Assembly (NCBI GenBank): GCA_963847445.1
Contig: CAWJZV010000015.1
Span: 192,001 to 256,000 of the forward strand
Reading direction: 5' to 3'
Source: an uncultured delta proteobacterium
GTDB lineage: Bacteria; Desulfobacterota; Binatia; UBA9968
DNA length: 64,000 nucleotides
The first letter of the stretch is position 1; every line of letters starts with the position of its first letter. The position numbers were made by a program, and so were the translations under genes. The notes below the pieces were generated by a model. The model was not told the origin of the DNA, searched no databases, and was given only the letters and a program-made list of their open reading frames with translations. Below, in pieces: positions 19,415 to 29,490 of the stretch.

Positions 19415-20614
19415 GTGGCAAGCAATTCGAAACCCTCGCGAGCGTTGGATGGCGTCAAAATCTTGGCTTTCGAGCAGGTGCTCTCTGGCCCGTTTGCGAC
19501 CTGTTTGCTCGCTGACATGGGCGCGGAGGTGATCAAAGTCGAGCGCCCTGGGGTCGGCGACGTGATTCGCTCCTGGGATTCTGTCGTGAAGGGGTTGTCC
19601 TCGGGCTACGTTTGGTTGAACCGCAACAAGCGCAGCTTGACGGTCGATGTTAAGAAAGAAAAGGGGCGTGAGATTCTACAAGAGTTGGCCAAGCGCTCGG
19701 ATATTTTCTTCGAGAATTATGCCCCTGGTGTCGCCGGACGGCTCGGGCTCGGCTATGAAAAACTTTCGGAACTCAATCCGCGGCTGATCTATTGCTCGCT
19801 GTCCGGTTACGGCCAAGACGGTCCTTATCGCGATGTGAAGGCATACGACCTCTTGATTCAAGGTGAAGGCGGCATCATTGCCACCACCGGTTATCCGGAC
19901 AAGCCGGCGAAAGCGGGCATCGCTATTGCCGACATCGCTTCCGGCATGTACGCGGCGATCGGAATCCTGCTTGCGCTCTACCAGCGGGAAAAGACTGGCG
20001 AAGGCCAGCTAGTCGATGTCTCGATGCTCGATTCGATCGTGTCGTGGCTTGGCTACTTTCCGCATCACTACTGGCACGCCGGCGAAGAGCCGGGGCGGGT
20101 CGGCATGCGGCACCATTATGTTTGTCCCTACGGCCCTTATTTGGCCGGTGACGGTGAGTACGTCAATCTGGCGGTAGCGAGTCCGGCGGATTGGGATGTG
20201 TTTTGCAAAGTCGTGATAGAACGACCGGAGCTGCTTACCGATGAGCGCTTCGCCTCGGTCCAAGACCGGCGTAAGAACCGCAGTCTGCTGGAAGATACCA
20301 TCGAGAATATTTTTGCTTCACGCGATCACAAGCACTGGCTCGCACAGCTCAAGAAGGCTGATCTGCCCCATGGCATCGTCCGCGGCATTGCCCAGGTGCT
20401 CGCCCATCCCCAGGTTGCCGCGCGCAAGCTTATTCGCGAAGCCGAGTCGCCGGTGGGCAAGGTTCCGGTGATCGCCAACGCCCTCAAGATGTCGAAGAGC
20501 AGCGCGCGCTACGAGCGCATTCCGGGTCTAGGCGAGAATAATGCGGCGATCTTGTCTGAGCTTGGCTACGATGCCGCCGCGATCGAAGCGCTCCAGCGCG
20601 ATAAAGTCATTTGA
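19415..20614 (+). CDS. Family III CoA-transferase (CaiB/BaiF)
   Basis: LDGVKIL, GPFATCLLADMGAEVIKVE, NRNKRSL, SGYGQDGP, AYDL and ADIASG motifs; GTG start after GAGGTG. Confidence 0.95.
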   Translation: MASNSKPSRALDGVKILAFEQVLSGPFATCLLADMGAEVIKVERPGVGDVIRSWDSVVKGLSSGYVWLNRNKRSLTVDVKKEKGREILQELAKRSDIFFENYAPGVAGRLGLGYEKLSELNPRLIYCSLSGYGQDGPYRDVKAYDLLIQGEGGIIATTGYPDKPAKAGIAIADIASGMYAAIGILLALYQREKTGEGQLVDVSMLDSIVSWLGYFPHHYWHAGEEPGRVGMRHHYVCPYGPYLAGDGEYVNLAVASPADWDVFCKVVIERPELLTDERFASVQDRRKNRSLLEDTIENIFASRDHKHWLAQLKKADLPHGIVRGIAQVLAHPQVAARKLIREAESPVGKVPVIANALKMSKSSARYERIPGLGENNAAILSELGYDAAAIEALQRDKVI

Positions 20615-20735
20615 CCGGCGCTCGTTTCACCGACCAGCTGATCGAAGACTTTGCAATTTTTCCGCCGGCGGTATCGATCTGCGGCGTGACGTAAAAGCGT
20701 CGATTCACTTCCAACTCCAGTTCCGGAGACTGACT

Positions 20736-21248
20736 ATGCGTAAACCTGTTATCGGTGTCATGGGCGCGTCCGCCAATGACGGGCTCAGTCTCGCAGAGTC
20801 GGAGCGACTGCAACAACTTGCTGAAAGCTTGGGGGCAGCAATCGCCCAAGCCGACTGTTTCCTAGTCACCGGTGCGACCACAGGGTTGCCAGGGTTGGTC
20901 GCCACGGCGTTTCGCAAGCAAGGGGGCTTTGCCTTGGGGATTTCTCCGGCTGAGAATCGCGCCGAGCATGTGCAGCGCTATGGTTTGCCCGAAGATGGCG
21001 CGGATGTGATCGTTTACACCGGCTTCGGTTACAAGGGGCGCAACGTCATCAACATTCGTTCGTCGGATATTGTGATCATTTTCGGCGGCGCCACCGGAAC
21101 GTTGAACGAGTTCACGATCGCCTACGATGAGGGCAAGGTGATTGGTGTATTAGCCGGCAGTGGCGGCGTGGCAGATCACATTGAGAAAATTGTCGAGGTC
21201 TGTCAGAAACCGACTCGGGGAAAGCTGTTCTTCGACTACGCATCCTAA
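20736..21248 (+). CDS. LOG/SLOG family protein (TIGR00725-like)
   Basis: IGVMG, VTGATTG, RNVINIRSSD and GGATGTLNEF motifs; 3' end may be frameshifted. Confidence 0.8.
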   Translation: MRKPVIGVMGASANDGLSLAESERLQQLAESLGAAIAQADCFLVTGATTGLPGLVATAFRKQGGFALGISPAENRAEHVQRYGLPEDGADVIVYTGFGYKGRNVINIRSSDIVIIFGGATGTLNEFTIAYDEGKVIGVLAGSGGVADHIEKIVEVCQKPTRGKLFFDYAS

Positions 21249-21269
21249 AACGCTTATTCAGACTTGCGT

Positions 21270-21858
21270 AGGTGCGATCGCTGCTGCGGATTATTTGGCT
21301 GACTCGCCGACTTAAATAGCCGCGGGCAAATTTGCGCATGTCGTCCCGTGGCAGTCCCAATCGAACTGTTTCTTCTAACGCCTTCTCTTCAGTCCAGCCT
21401 TCTTCCTGAATGCGGAAAATCATCATGTAGGGGGCGACTCGCTCGGCGAAGGCGCAGTTGATCAACATGGGATGGTTGGCTGGGTCTCTGGCGATTTGGA
21501 GAAATTCGTCGATTTGCTTGACAGCTGGGCAAAGGGTTTGCGGCTTGGGATATTGAAATAGCGCATCCGGTTGTTTTCGACCAAGAAACGCTCACGCAAG
21601 GTGTCGACACCATCTTTCGGCGACCGCAGGGTTATAACCGAGCGAAAACCATTTGCCGCGGCTTTGGCGTAGGCTTCGCCCGAAGGTTGGCCGCCGACGG
21701 TGGGTTTGTCGTCGATGCAGAGAACAACCGGAACGTTGACTATGGTTTTGCGGTCGAACTGGCCTGACGGCGGCCGTTCACTGCGACGGGGTGCGATTCT
21801 CCACCGGCGCGCTCGCTGCCAGCGATGCGACGAGCGCGCCGATGAAAAAAATCTTCAT
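21270..21858 (-). CDS. Secreted DUF442/Blh-like sulfurtransferase-phosphatase; multiply frameshifted; 3' end approximate
   Basis: ATG 21858 overlaps the amidohydrolase stop (ATGA). Fragments: signal peptide, GGQPSGEAYAKAAANGFRSVITLR, MRYFNI, PMLINCAFAERV (Cx4R), EKALEETVRLGL. Confidence 0.6.
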
Positions 21859-22853
21859 AGGTTGAAAACGCCGGCTGCGGTATTGCCGAGGATCGCGGTC
21901 TTGTCCGCGCTTGAACAGGGCGCTTGGCGCACCATATCGATCGACTCGATGATGTTCGCCGCAGTCTTGCATTCGAGCGGATAGTCGCTGCCAAACATGA
22001 TTCGGTCGGCGGTGGTTATGTTTAGTGCCGCGGCCATCGACGGTCCCCAGGCACCGGTTCCAGCGGTGTCGAAGTACAGCCGTTGAAAGAGCTTTTCAAA
22101 CCGTTCGGTGACGCCGAATTTTTTCTGTTCATTTTGGGTTTTCAAATAGCCGCGCATTTCGGCCGGAATCGGCGCGTCATCGGTTTCGAAAAACGCCATC
22201 ATGCGCCCCTTGAGCGACGACGCCGCGCCGCCAAGGTGGGGGATGATGAAGCGGAGCTCGGGAAAGCGCGGCAGGACGGCATTCATGATGCGCACGATCG
22301 CTTGGGTGGTCTCGAGCGGGCGAAACACGCAGCGGTCCAAACTGTAAGTCGTTTCCGAGCCGGTCGGTTTGGATTGCGGATGGAGGATGATCGGCAAATT
22401 ATTCTTCTGAATGATCTCGTAGAGCGGAAACATCAGCGGGTTGTCGAGCTGGATATCGAGGTGGCAGGCGAGCAAGGCGACCGAGCGCAGGCCGAGTTCA
22501 TGAATGCCGCGCTCGAGCTCGCGCTGGGCGCTCTCGGGCTCATGAATCGCCATATGGATGGCGCTGCGAAAGCGCTTGGGGTGTTGTTTTTCGACCTCGG
22601 CGACGCCGTCGTTGAGAGCTCGGGCGACTTCTGCGCCCATGACCTGCACCTGATCGGTGAGAATGGAGTAGGTCACTCGAGCGTCGTCCATCGCTTTGAT
22701 ATGGGCTTCGAGGTCCTTGCGCGAAGGGTGCAGAGTCAAACTGATTTCGTTGGTGACGATGCGTTTGCCGCCGGCCTGTTTGGCGAGACGGTCGAATAGC
22801 ATGGCCGGCATATAATGGTGGTGCACGTCGACAATCAATTCTGCTGAGGCCAT
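21855..22853 (-). CDS. Amidohydrolase family protein (ACMSD/LigW-like)
   Basis: VDVHHH, ILHP, PHLGG, LYFDTA and IMFGSDYP motifs. Confidence 0.9.
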   Translation of the reverse strand: MASAELIVDVHHHYMPAMLFDRLAKQAGGKRIVTNEISLTLHPSRKDLEAHIKAMDDARVTYSILTDQVQVMGAEVARALNDGVAEVEKQHPKRFRSAIHMAIHEPESAQRELERGIHELGLRSVALLACHLDIQLDNPLMFPLYEIIQKNNLPIILHPQSKPTGSETTYSLDRCVFRPLETTQAIVRIMNAVLPRFPELRFIIPHLGGAASSLKGRMMAFFETDDAPIPAEMRGYLKTQNEQKKFGVTERFEKLFQRLYFDTAGTGAWGPSMAAALNITTADRIMFGSDYPLECKTAANIIESIDMVRQAPCSSADKTAILGNTAAGVFNL

Positions 22854-22970
22854 AGAATATCTCCAGCTCCTTCTAAATATTGTTGGTCCATCAAACTACG
22901 ATAGGGCGCTGATGACTGCAAGTGAATCCTTCCGCGCCGTGGTCGCGCACAATTGCGCGTTTGCCCGGTG

Positions 22971-23682
22971 TCACTCACCTCGCGAACGGGCGCCGGGCGA
23001 GTATGACAACATCAGGATGATAATCGGCAAGATGGCCGCGTGGACAAAAAAATCCGCTGGAGTCCAGGCGTAGCTCGTGAACGCCGGCGAAGCGCAGGGC
23101 GGGCAAAGCCACATGAGCGGCCCGGCGAAGTAAAATGAATTGTGCACGCCGCCGAAGATCAGGCGCTCGAAGGTCAATGCCAAGGCGCCACCCAAAGCGA
23201 AGGGCGCCGAACCAAGCCAGAGCCGGTCCAGAGCGCTATTGGTGAAGCGGAAAAACAACGGTCCGAGCAGAAACCAATAGGCGAAATAGAGCAGTAGATA
23301 AACATGAAAGGTTTCAAATTCGGTTGCGTGAAACACTGAGTGAAATCCAAAATTCGGAAAAATCTCGACTTGTCCCGGCCGATCCCAGTGAAAAAACAGT
23401 GCTTTGGAGCCGAAATCGAAAAGTAGCACGGCCAACAACAGTCGAACGTACAATGACGATTCCTGCCCGAGTTGGGCTGCGCCAAACACCTCGTACATGG
23501 TAACGGCGCGATGAAGCGGAGAACCGACCAACCGATAAGCAGTATAGCGCTCCAGACCAACGAAGTGTGAAGGGCGGCTTCGCGTTGCGGCCCTGACGGC
23601 GTGCAAGACGCTCAGCCAAAGCGGTACGACCAGCGACAACACAAGCAAGAAGGAAAAGTATCGGTGCAGGAGCGCTGGCCAT
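22971..23682 (-). CDS. LspA (signal peptidase II)-like membrane protein with altered catalytic site; frameshift near the 5' end
   Basis: LLFDFGSK, GGALALTFERLIFGGVHNSF and WTPADFF occur in the same order as the LspA motifs DQxTK, GGxxNxxDR...VVDF and FNxAD. Confidence 0.5.
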
Positions 23683-23710
23683 GGTGCGGTAGCGGTCTGA
23701 TTCCTCTGAG

Positions 23711-24373
23711 TTAGGGGTTCGCACCTAGGTTACGTAACAATTCGACCGTAACTTCGTTGAGCGATGCGCAGATCTGAGTCGCTTGGGAAAAATCATGATC
23801 TCGGGTGTAGCCGTTGGGGATGGCAAGACAGCGCATGCCGGCAGCTTGTGCCGCCAGCACGCCTTTCTCGGCGTCTTCGAGCACGGCGCATTCGGCCGGA
23901 GCGACACCAAGGCGATCGGCCGCTTTAAGGAAAATATCCGGCGCCGGTTTGACTCGGGCGACATCCGAGACCGCTGACGATCGGTTTCAAAGTAGTCGAG
24001 CGATCCCCAGGCCATGGATGAACCCCGTCGACGGCGTCGCGGTAGGACGAAGAGGCGAGGCCGATGCGCATGGCTTCCCTGTAAGTCGCGCCAGGAGCGC
24101 GGTCGGCTCCCGCCATCGGTCGAAGCGAGGATGCGCAGCAAGATCTTGATAATGCGCCGCCTTGCGCGCGCGCAGCGCCACCGGATCGAGATCGAGACCC
24201 TGGCGCACCACCCAGTCGTCGATACCCTTACCACGGCGCACCCAATGCTCGCCGTAGTCCGCTTCCGCGAGTTGGACGTTGTGTTCGAGCAGCGCCATCC
24301 GATAGGCCCGGCAATGCAGCTGTTCGGTGTCGGCCAGCAGGCCATCGAGGTCGAAAATAACCGTGGTGATCAT
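23711..24373 (-). CDS. HAD family phosphatase (CbbY/beta-PGM-like); frameshifted
   Basis: VIFDLDGLLADTE, ASSS and KPAPDIFL motifs; C-terminus IPNGYTRDHDFSQA...* at 23711. Confidence 0.82.
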
Positions 24374-24453
24374 CGCTATTCAGACTCACGATGATTTTAC
24401 TGAATTTTCGGCGACATTGCATCAGCTCGATGTTGCCGCCGCTTGGCGAGGAG

Positions 24454-24490
24454 AATAAAAGACGGCCAAGCTACGCTGAGCTTGGCCGTC
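24454..24490 (-). terminator. Rho-independent terminator after the Spy/CpxP-like gene
   Basis: Perfect 12-bp stem GACGGCCAAGCT/AGCTTGGCCGTC with a 6-nt loop, followed by TTTTATT on the minus strand. Confidence 0.8.
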
Positions 24491-24515
24491 TATAAAACGA
24501 TTATTTGCCCGAGCT

Positions 24516-25018
24516 CTACGACGGCTGCTTGGTCATTTTGCGGAAGTGCTCGTGACGTGACGCCACTAAGCTCTTCAGTTGGTCGCGCTGCGGGACCGAC
24601 AGCACGGACTGGCCATTATCCATCGCTTCGTGCTGCAGGTAGCGCAGCTCCGAACGGTATTTCTCGGCTTCCTGGATCTTCGATTTGATCTTAATCAGGT
24701 CCGCCGGCGATTGCTGCGTCAGTCCGGCGATCTCTTTCTCGATCGTGCGAATCTGTTGGTGCAGCGGGGTTACCTGGGTCTGGTAATTGCTCTTGATCTG
24801 CTCCAGTTTGGCGACTTGATCGGTGCCCAGGTTTAACTCGCTCTTATGCTTGAGCGCGATGCTGATTAACGGCGCGCCGCCGGCAAATCCACCGCGCATA
24901 TGGGCGCCATGGGCAAAGGGTCTGCCGCCGCTCCGGCGCGGCCGCCATCGGCGCGGAGACCAGCGCGACCGTCGCCAGGGCCGCACCACCGAAGATTAAA
25001 CGTTGTTACTTTGTTCAT
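24516..25018 (-). CDS. Periplasmic Spy/CpxP/heavy-metal-sensor family protein; frameshifts in the signal peptide
   Basis: RBS GGAGG; ELNLGTDQVAKL and VLSVPQRDQL (LTxxQ-like repeats); helical. Confidence 0.75.
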
Positions 25019-25095
25019 ATTACCCTCCTTCAGGGTGTGAGATTTTGATCGTTTAGACGCAGCCAAAGGGAATTGGTTTACCTTCTGTCGCTCGA

Positions 25096-25330
25096 TTACT
25101 CGTTTGAGTCCTTCCTGGCCGGCGCTGGACGGGGCTTGCCAGGTTGGCGTTTGCGGCGCTCCGGGACGCTATCCAATAGCCGGTCGAGCATGCGCTGGGG
25201 ATTAACGAGGAAGTCGTGGGTGAAGTCGATATTTTCTCTATGCCGTTGCTGGACAAGTTGTATGCGTTGGGGTACGCCATCAGGATCGGCGAGTGGGTAG
25301 CGATGATGAATTGAAATGGCCAAGCCGATT
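25096..25330 (-). pseudogene. C-terminal fragment of an AAA/ABC-type ATPase
   Basis: QFIIATHSPILMAYPNA (H-loop) followed by FTHDFLVNPQRML in another frame; no Walker A. Confidence 0.65.
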
Positions 25331-25407
25331 GGGCCAAGCCGATTCGCCTTGTCGGTTTGGCAACTATGGTGTAATAGTCCGGCCAGCAGTTCGTAAGGAG
25401 AGCAGCC

Positions 25408-26373
25408 ATGGAAAACCACGCTAACGAAACCATCCTTGCCAGGCCGCAGTTGGCATATCTGCATCATGTGAGCCTGCCTTGCCGCGATCTGGCAGAGTCG
25501 AAGCGTTTTTATATCGAAGTCTTGGGCGGCGAACTATATCATGACACACCTGGCTTCGCCGAAGTGATGCTCGCCGGCATGATTGTTGGGATGTCGGAAC
25601 AGGCGGAAGGTTGGACCGGTTGGGAGGCGGAGTATCCGCACTATGGCTTTAACGTCGATGCGGCAAATTTCGCTTTAGCCAAGCCCTGGCTCGACGGCTG
25701 CGGCGTGCCGTCCCATGGCTGGACGCGCAATTACCAAACCGCGCTGCGCTATTTGCGCGATCCGTCGGGAAATTTGCTCGAGCTCTACTGTGACAGCGGC
25801 TACGGAGATATTAAGAACTTGGCCTTGGGACCGCGTCAAGGCGGCGTGCCGCTGCCGCTGGGCGAGCTCAACTATCGTTGGAGCGGCAAGTTGGCGGACT
25901 CCCATTTGCTCCGCCCGCGTCTGGCGAGCTTCGCCCATTTGAGTGTGCCGGTAAACGATATCGCACAGGCGAAACGGTTCTGCATCGAAGTCCTGGGCGG
26001 CGAGCCGATGGCGACCAGCGATCCGGCGACCTTTACCGAAGTGCGCGTCGCCGGCGCGATTGTCGGCCTGTCGACCCGCAGCGGGGTTTGCACCGGGCGC
26101 GACGCCGAATATCCGCACTACGCGTTCTACGCCGACGGCGAAAACTTTCTGCCGATGATCGAGTGGCTCAAACACAATGGCGTGGTGACGCCGGGGCCTT
26201 GGACGCGCGACGGCAAGAAGGGGTTGATGTACTTTCGCGACCCGTCGGGCAATTTATTTGAGATTTATTGCGGCAAAGACATCCCGCAAGCCATGCAGTT
26301 TCCCCGTGGCGTGAAGCAGGGCGGTAGTTACGCCACCGAATATGCAGCTTTGTTCTATCAGTGGCAGGGTTAA
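25408..26373 (+). CDS. Tandem two-domain VOC family protein
   Basis: Two similar halves, each with H(V/L)SxP, IEVLGGE, AEYPHY and RDPSGNLxExYC. Confidence 0.85.
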   Translation: MENHANETILARPQLAYLHHVSLPCRDLAESKRFYIEVLGGELYHDTPGFAEVMLAGMIVGMSEQAEGWTGWEAEYPHYGFNVDAANFALAKPWLDGCGVPSHGWTRNYQTALRYLRDPSGNLLELYCDSGYGDIKNLALGPRQGGVPLPLGELNYRWSGKLADSHLLRPRLASFAHLSVPVNDIAQAKRFCIEVLGGEPMATSDPATFTEVRVAGAIVGLSTRSGVCTGRDAEYPHYAFYADGENFLPMIEWLKHNGVVTPGPWTRDGKKGLMYFRDPSGNLFEIYCGKDIPQAMQFPRGVKQGGSYATEYAALFYQWQG

Positions 26374-26423
26374 TTTCGCCGGGCGGAATAGGATCGATTC
26401 GTTGGCGCCGTTGTTCGAGCCGC

Positions 26424-26750
26424 TTAGCCAACGGGTGCGGGTGGCGTGATCTTCGGCACCAGCCTAAGGCGAGGTGGGCTGGACAGAGCATTCGACTTAA
26501 CTGCTTTATGATTGGCCCCGCCGCCATCGATGACTACGAAGGGCTTGGCCAATTTGACGCGATAACTTGCACCCAGCCGCACGCGTTGCCGGTATAGACT
26601 CAATGCGTCCGCTGGGCGGGAGTCGTGGTCTTGATACGATGCCACGATATCTTCCAAGAGATCGAGTAAGGCTTCGGGGTCCTCGTGGTGATGTTCTCTC
26701 AAAGTTGCCCATGATCTCGTCGTAACGCAAAAGTCGTGCAACACCATCAA
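26424..26750 (-). pseudogene. Possible degenerate HigA-like antitoxin fragment
   Basis: EALLDLLEDIVASYQDHD...ADAL resembles the HigA N-terminal region; no HTH domain or toxin recognisable. Confidence 0.3.
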
Positions 26751-27097
26751 TAACTGGATTTGCTGCGTTAGCCTTTGTCCTTACTTGACATATTGCGGAA
26801 CTCTGGATGACGCGGAGTCGAATCAGCGGGGTTTTTGGTCAGTGGCTGATGGATTTTTCGGCGCACAACTCTGGTTGATCGTCGACTAATTGGTTCTGAA
26901 TCTGCGTTTGTCGTACTGGCGTGATTTATCCAACCACCAGCCCTGGAGGCTTGCCCATCGGCTCGCAAGGCCTAAGGTGAATCCGCGATCATTGAAGGCG
27001 CGTTAGGTTAGGTTATTTTGATCCGGTCTATGATCTGTGTCGTTATCAAGATGGTCAATGGAGACAAGCCGAATCGGTCAAAAATAAGGAGGCGTTC

Positions 27098-27559
27098 ATG
27101 GAAATCGAAAACAAACTCAAAGCCCTCGGCATCGTGCTGCCCGATCCGCCGACACCGGCGGCCAACTACATCGGCTACGTCCGGGTTGGGAATCTGCTAT
27201 TCATCGGCGGCAACATCGGCCGGATCGACGGCGTGATTAAATATCGCGGCAAAGTCGGCGCCGAGATCAGCGTCGAACAAGCCTACGACGCGGCGCGCAA
27301 CTGTGCCCTCAATCATCTGGCGATCATGAAGTCGGCCTTGGGCGATCTCGACAAGGTCGAGCGCATCGTCAAAGTTCTCGGCTACGTCAACGTCGCCCCC
27401 GGCTTTATCGATATGCCGAAAGTCGTCAACGGCGAGTCGGATCTGCTGGTGCAAGTGTTTGGCGAAAAGGGCCAGCACACACGCGCCGCCATCGGGGTGG
27501 CGTCGCTAAGTCAGGATGCGCCGGTGGAAAATGAAATTACGGTGCAGGTTAAGGACTGA
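27098..27559 (+). CDS. RidA/YjgF/UK114 family protein
   Basis: LKALGIVLP, AANY, GKVG, NGESDLL...FGEKGQHTRAAIGV and APVENE motifs. Confidence 0.92.
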   Translation: MEIENKLKALGIVLPDPPTPAANYIGYVRVGNLLFIGGNIGRIDGVIKYRGKVGAEISVEQAYDAARNCALNHLAIMKSALGDLDKVERIVKVLGYVNVAPGFIDMPKVVNGESDLLVQVFGEKGQHTRAAIGVASLSQDAPVENEITVQVKD

Positions 27560-27734
27560 CGCGAGCGGCACCCGCGCGTCGGGCTCGGATCGATCCAGCC
27601 TTGGCGCGCGAAGAACTCCGAAAGAAATCGCACCGCTTACCCGGCACTTACCAGGCCACTTGTTCGCCTAAGGTGAGATCTTCTTGAATGCCTTTGGCCA
27701 CGGCGCTGGTCGCCACGATCCCGATGCTTGAGAA

Positions 27735-28061
27735 TTAGCTGGGATTCAGAATGAAATTGTGCACCAGGGCGGCTGATGTCAGCATCAGTGCGGTGCACAA
27801 GATCGCCGCACCGAATGGCGCCAGGATCATGAACTCCACGTAGAATGCCGCGGTGGCGAGCAAAATGCAGCGGGCCAGTCTGACACGGGACATCGGCGAG
27901 CGCAGGTCGAACTTGGTTGGAGGGTATAACAAGGCGGCGTCGCGCTCCGAATAGATCGGTTGCTTTTTTCGATAACGGCGATACTGCACCAGTCGGACGG
28001 CGAACCAGATTATCAGGAATAAGACGGGCGCCTCTGAAAGAATGTAACCTAACTTGTCCAT
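27735..28061 (-). CDS. Hypothetical small membrane protein
   Basis: RBS GAGGT; three hydrophobic segments; no family recognised. Confidence 0.5.
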   Translation of the reverse strand: MDKLGYILSEAPVLFLIIWFAVRLVQYRRYRKKQPIYSERDAALLYPPTKFDLRSPMSRVRLARCILLATAAFYVEFMILAPFGAAILCTALMLTSAALVHNFILNPS

Positions 28062-28247
28062 ATCTACCTCACATCCCGTTGCGAGAAGTCTTCCACTCAG
28101 ATGTCTTCACGCCCGTTACGTATAAAAAGCTGTCGGCGATGTCAAACGCTGGGACATTGGCGCAGGCTAGAGGGCAATTTGAACAAATCGTTGGTTTCCA
28201 GGAGTTGCGGCGCTATATTTGAGGCGATCGGGTAAATCAGTGAGAAT

Positions 28248-28625
28248 TTGGGAGGCAAGAGTGAATTTTATGTCATCGGCGTCCTGGCAGGATCGGCCTG
28301 CGCGAATAGCTTTCCTCGCGGTGCGCCGGTGGATTGGCAGGCGATCGAACCGGTGCCTGGACTGGTGAAAACCCTCGGCCTGGCTAAGCACGCGCCGCAT
28401 CCCCATGCGAGCATGCTATTTATCGATTTTCTGCTTTCGAAAGACGGCCAAAAAATTCTTCAGGAAGCGGACTATCTACCGGCTCATCCCGATGTGCCGG
28501 CGAAAGTTGCCGATCTAAAAGCCGGCGGCGGCAAGTTTTCCAAGTTCAACTTCATCGCGCCGGAATTACTCTTCGAGAAGGAAGAGAAGTGGGTCGAGCT
28601 GTTCGAGAAGATGTTTTTTAAGTAA
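28248..28625 (+). pseudogene. C-terminal fragment of an extracellular solute-binding protein
   Basis: GAPVDW and APHPHASMLFIDFLLSKDGQ are paralogous to the C-terminus of 13203-14246; the N-terminal two-thirds is absent. Confidence 0.75.
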
Positions 28626-28644
28626 CGCGGCCCTGCCGTCGCCT

Positions 28645-29490
28645 CTATTTTTTCGCTGCTTGTAGCTGTTTGAGCACTGTCCCAACCGCGAGCGGCGGCT
28701 CGGTTTGATCCTTGAAGCAGGCGAGCCGTTCGCTGACTTCAGCGGCGGCGTTGTGAAATCCACTCGGCAGGCCGGCGGCTTCGAAGGCCTCGGCGATTTC
28801 TCTCATTTCGCCAACGTAGCGCCACATTTTGGGCGCGGCGACGGCGGCGGCGCGCAGACATTTATTTTCCAGCGCCGGTTGGGAGATTTTCCACTCTTCG
28901 AGCAATGCTTGATCCACGCCTTCATGCGCGGCGAGCGCGCGAATGGCGAGGATTAAAGCGTCGGTGCCTTTGGTCCAGGCGGCATAGACGACTTTCAAAG
29001 CCGAGGCTTCGCCAGGGACGGCGCCGATGCTGCGCGCATCCAACATGCTGGCGGAAAACAATTGAGCGATCTCCGCGGCTTTTTCTCCCGAGAGATACAT
29101 TCTGGTCGTGCCGGCTTTCTTGACTGGCGAGCCGATGATGCCGCCGTCGACGAAGCTGGCGCCAGCTTTGGCAACGATCTTGGCAATATCTTCGGCCGTC
29201 GCCCGCGACACGGCGTTAGCATCGACATAAATCCCTTGGAAGCGTTGCGCGGCGACGCTCACGGCGACTTCCGTGGCGAATTCCGGTGGACAGACCGACA
29301 GGACGATATCGCTTTGGCGCACGGCCGCGGCTAGATCGCCGGCATCGATCAAGCCGGCTTGCTCGGCGCGCTTGCGCGATGCGGCGCTTCGCTGTGCCGA
29401 TGCCCAGAGCACCCGGGCGCCGCTGGCCGCAGCGCAAGCGCCGATGGTTGAGCCCATGTTGCCTGGATGGAGCAATGCGATGGTTTTCAT
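28645..29490 (-). CDS. NAD(P)-dependent oxidoreductase, DUF1932 / 3-hydroxyisobutyrate dehydrogenase-like
   Basis: HPGNMG, VCPP, YVDANAVS, VDGGIIG, ASALK, KG and WRYVGEMREIA motifs. Confidence 0.88.
   Translation of the reverse strand: MKTIALLHPGNMGSTIGACAAASGARVLWASAQRSAASRKRAEQAGLIDAGDLAAAVRQSDIVLSVCPPEFATEVAVSVAAQRFQGIYVDANAVSRATAEDIAKIVAKAGASFVDGGIIGSPVKKAGTTRMYLSGEKAAEIAQLFSASMLDARSIGAVPGEASALKVVYAAWTKGTDALILAIRALAAHEGVDQALLEEWKISQPALENKCLRAAAVAAPKMWRYVGEMREIAEAFEAAGLPSGFHNAAAEVSERLACFKDQTEPPLAVGTVLKQLQAAKK

Noticed and set aside
21775-21790. TGA in the DUF442-like gene as a second selenocysteine codon
   Set aside because: It is not at a Cys-equivalent position, and the coding frame shifts around it, consistent with indel error.
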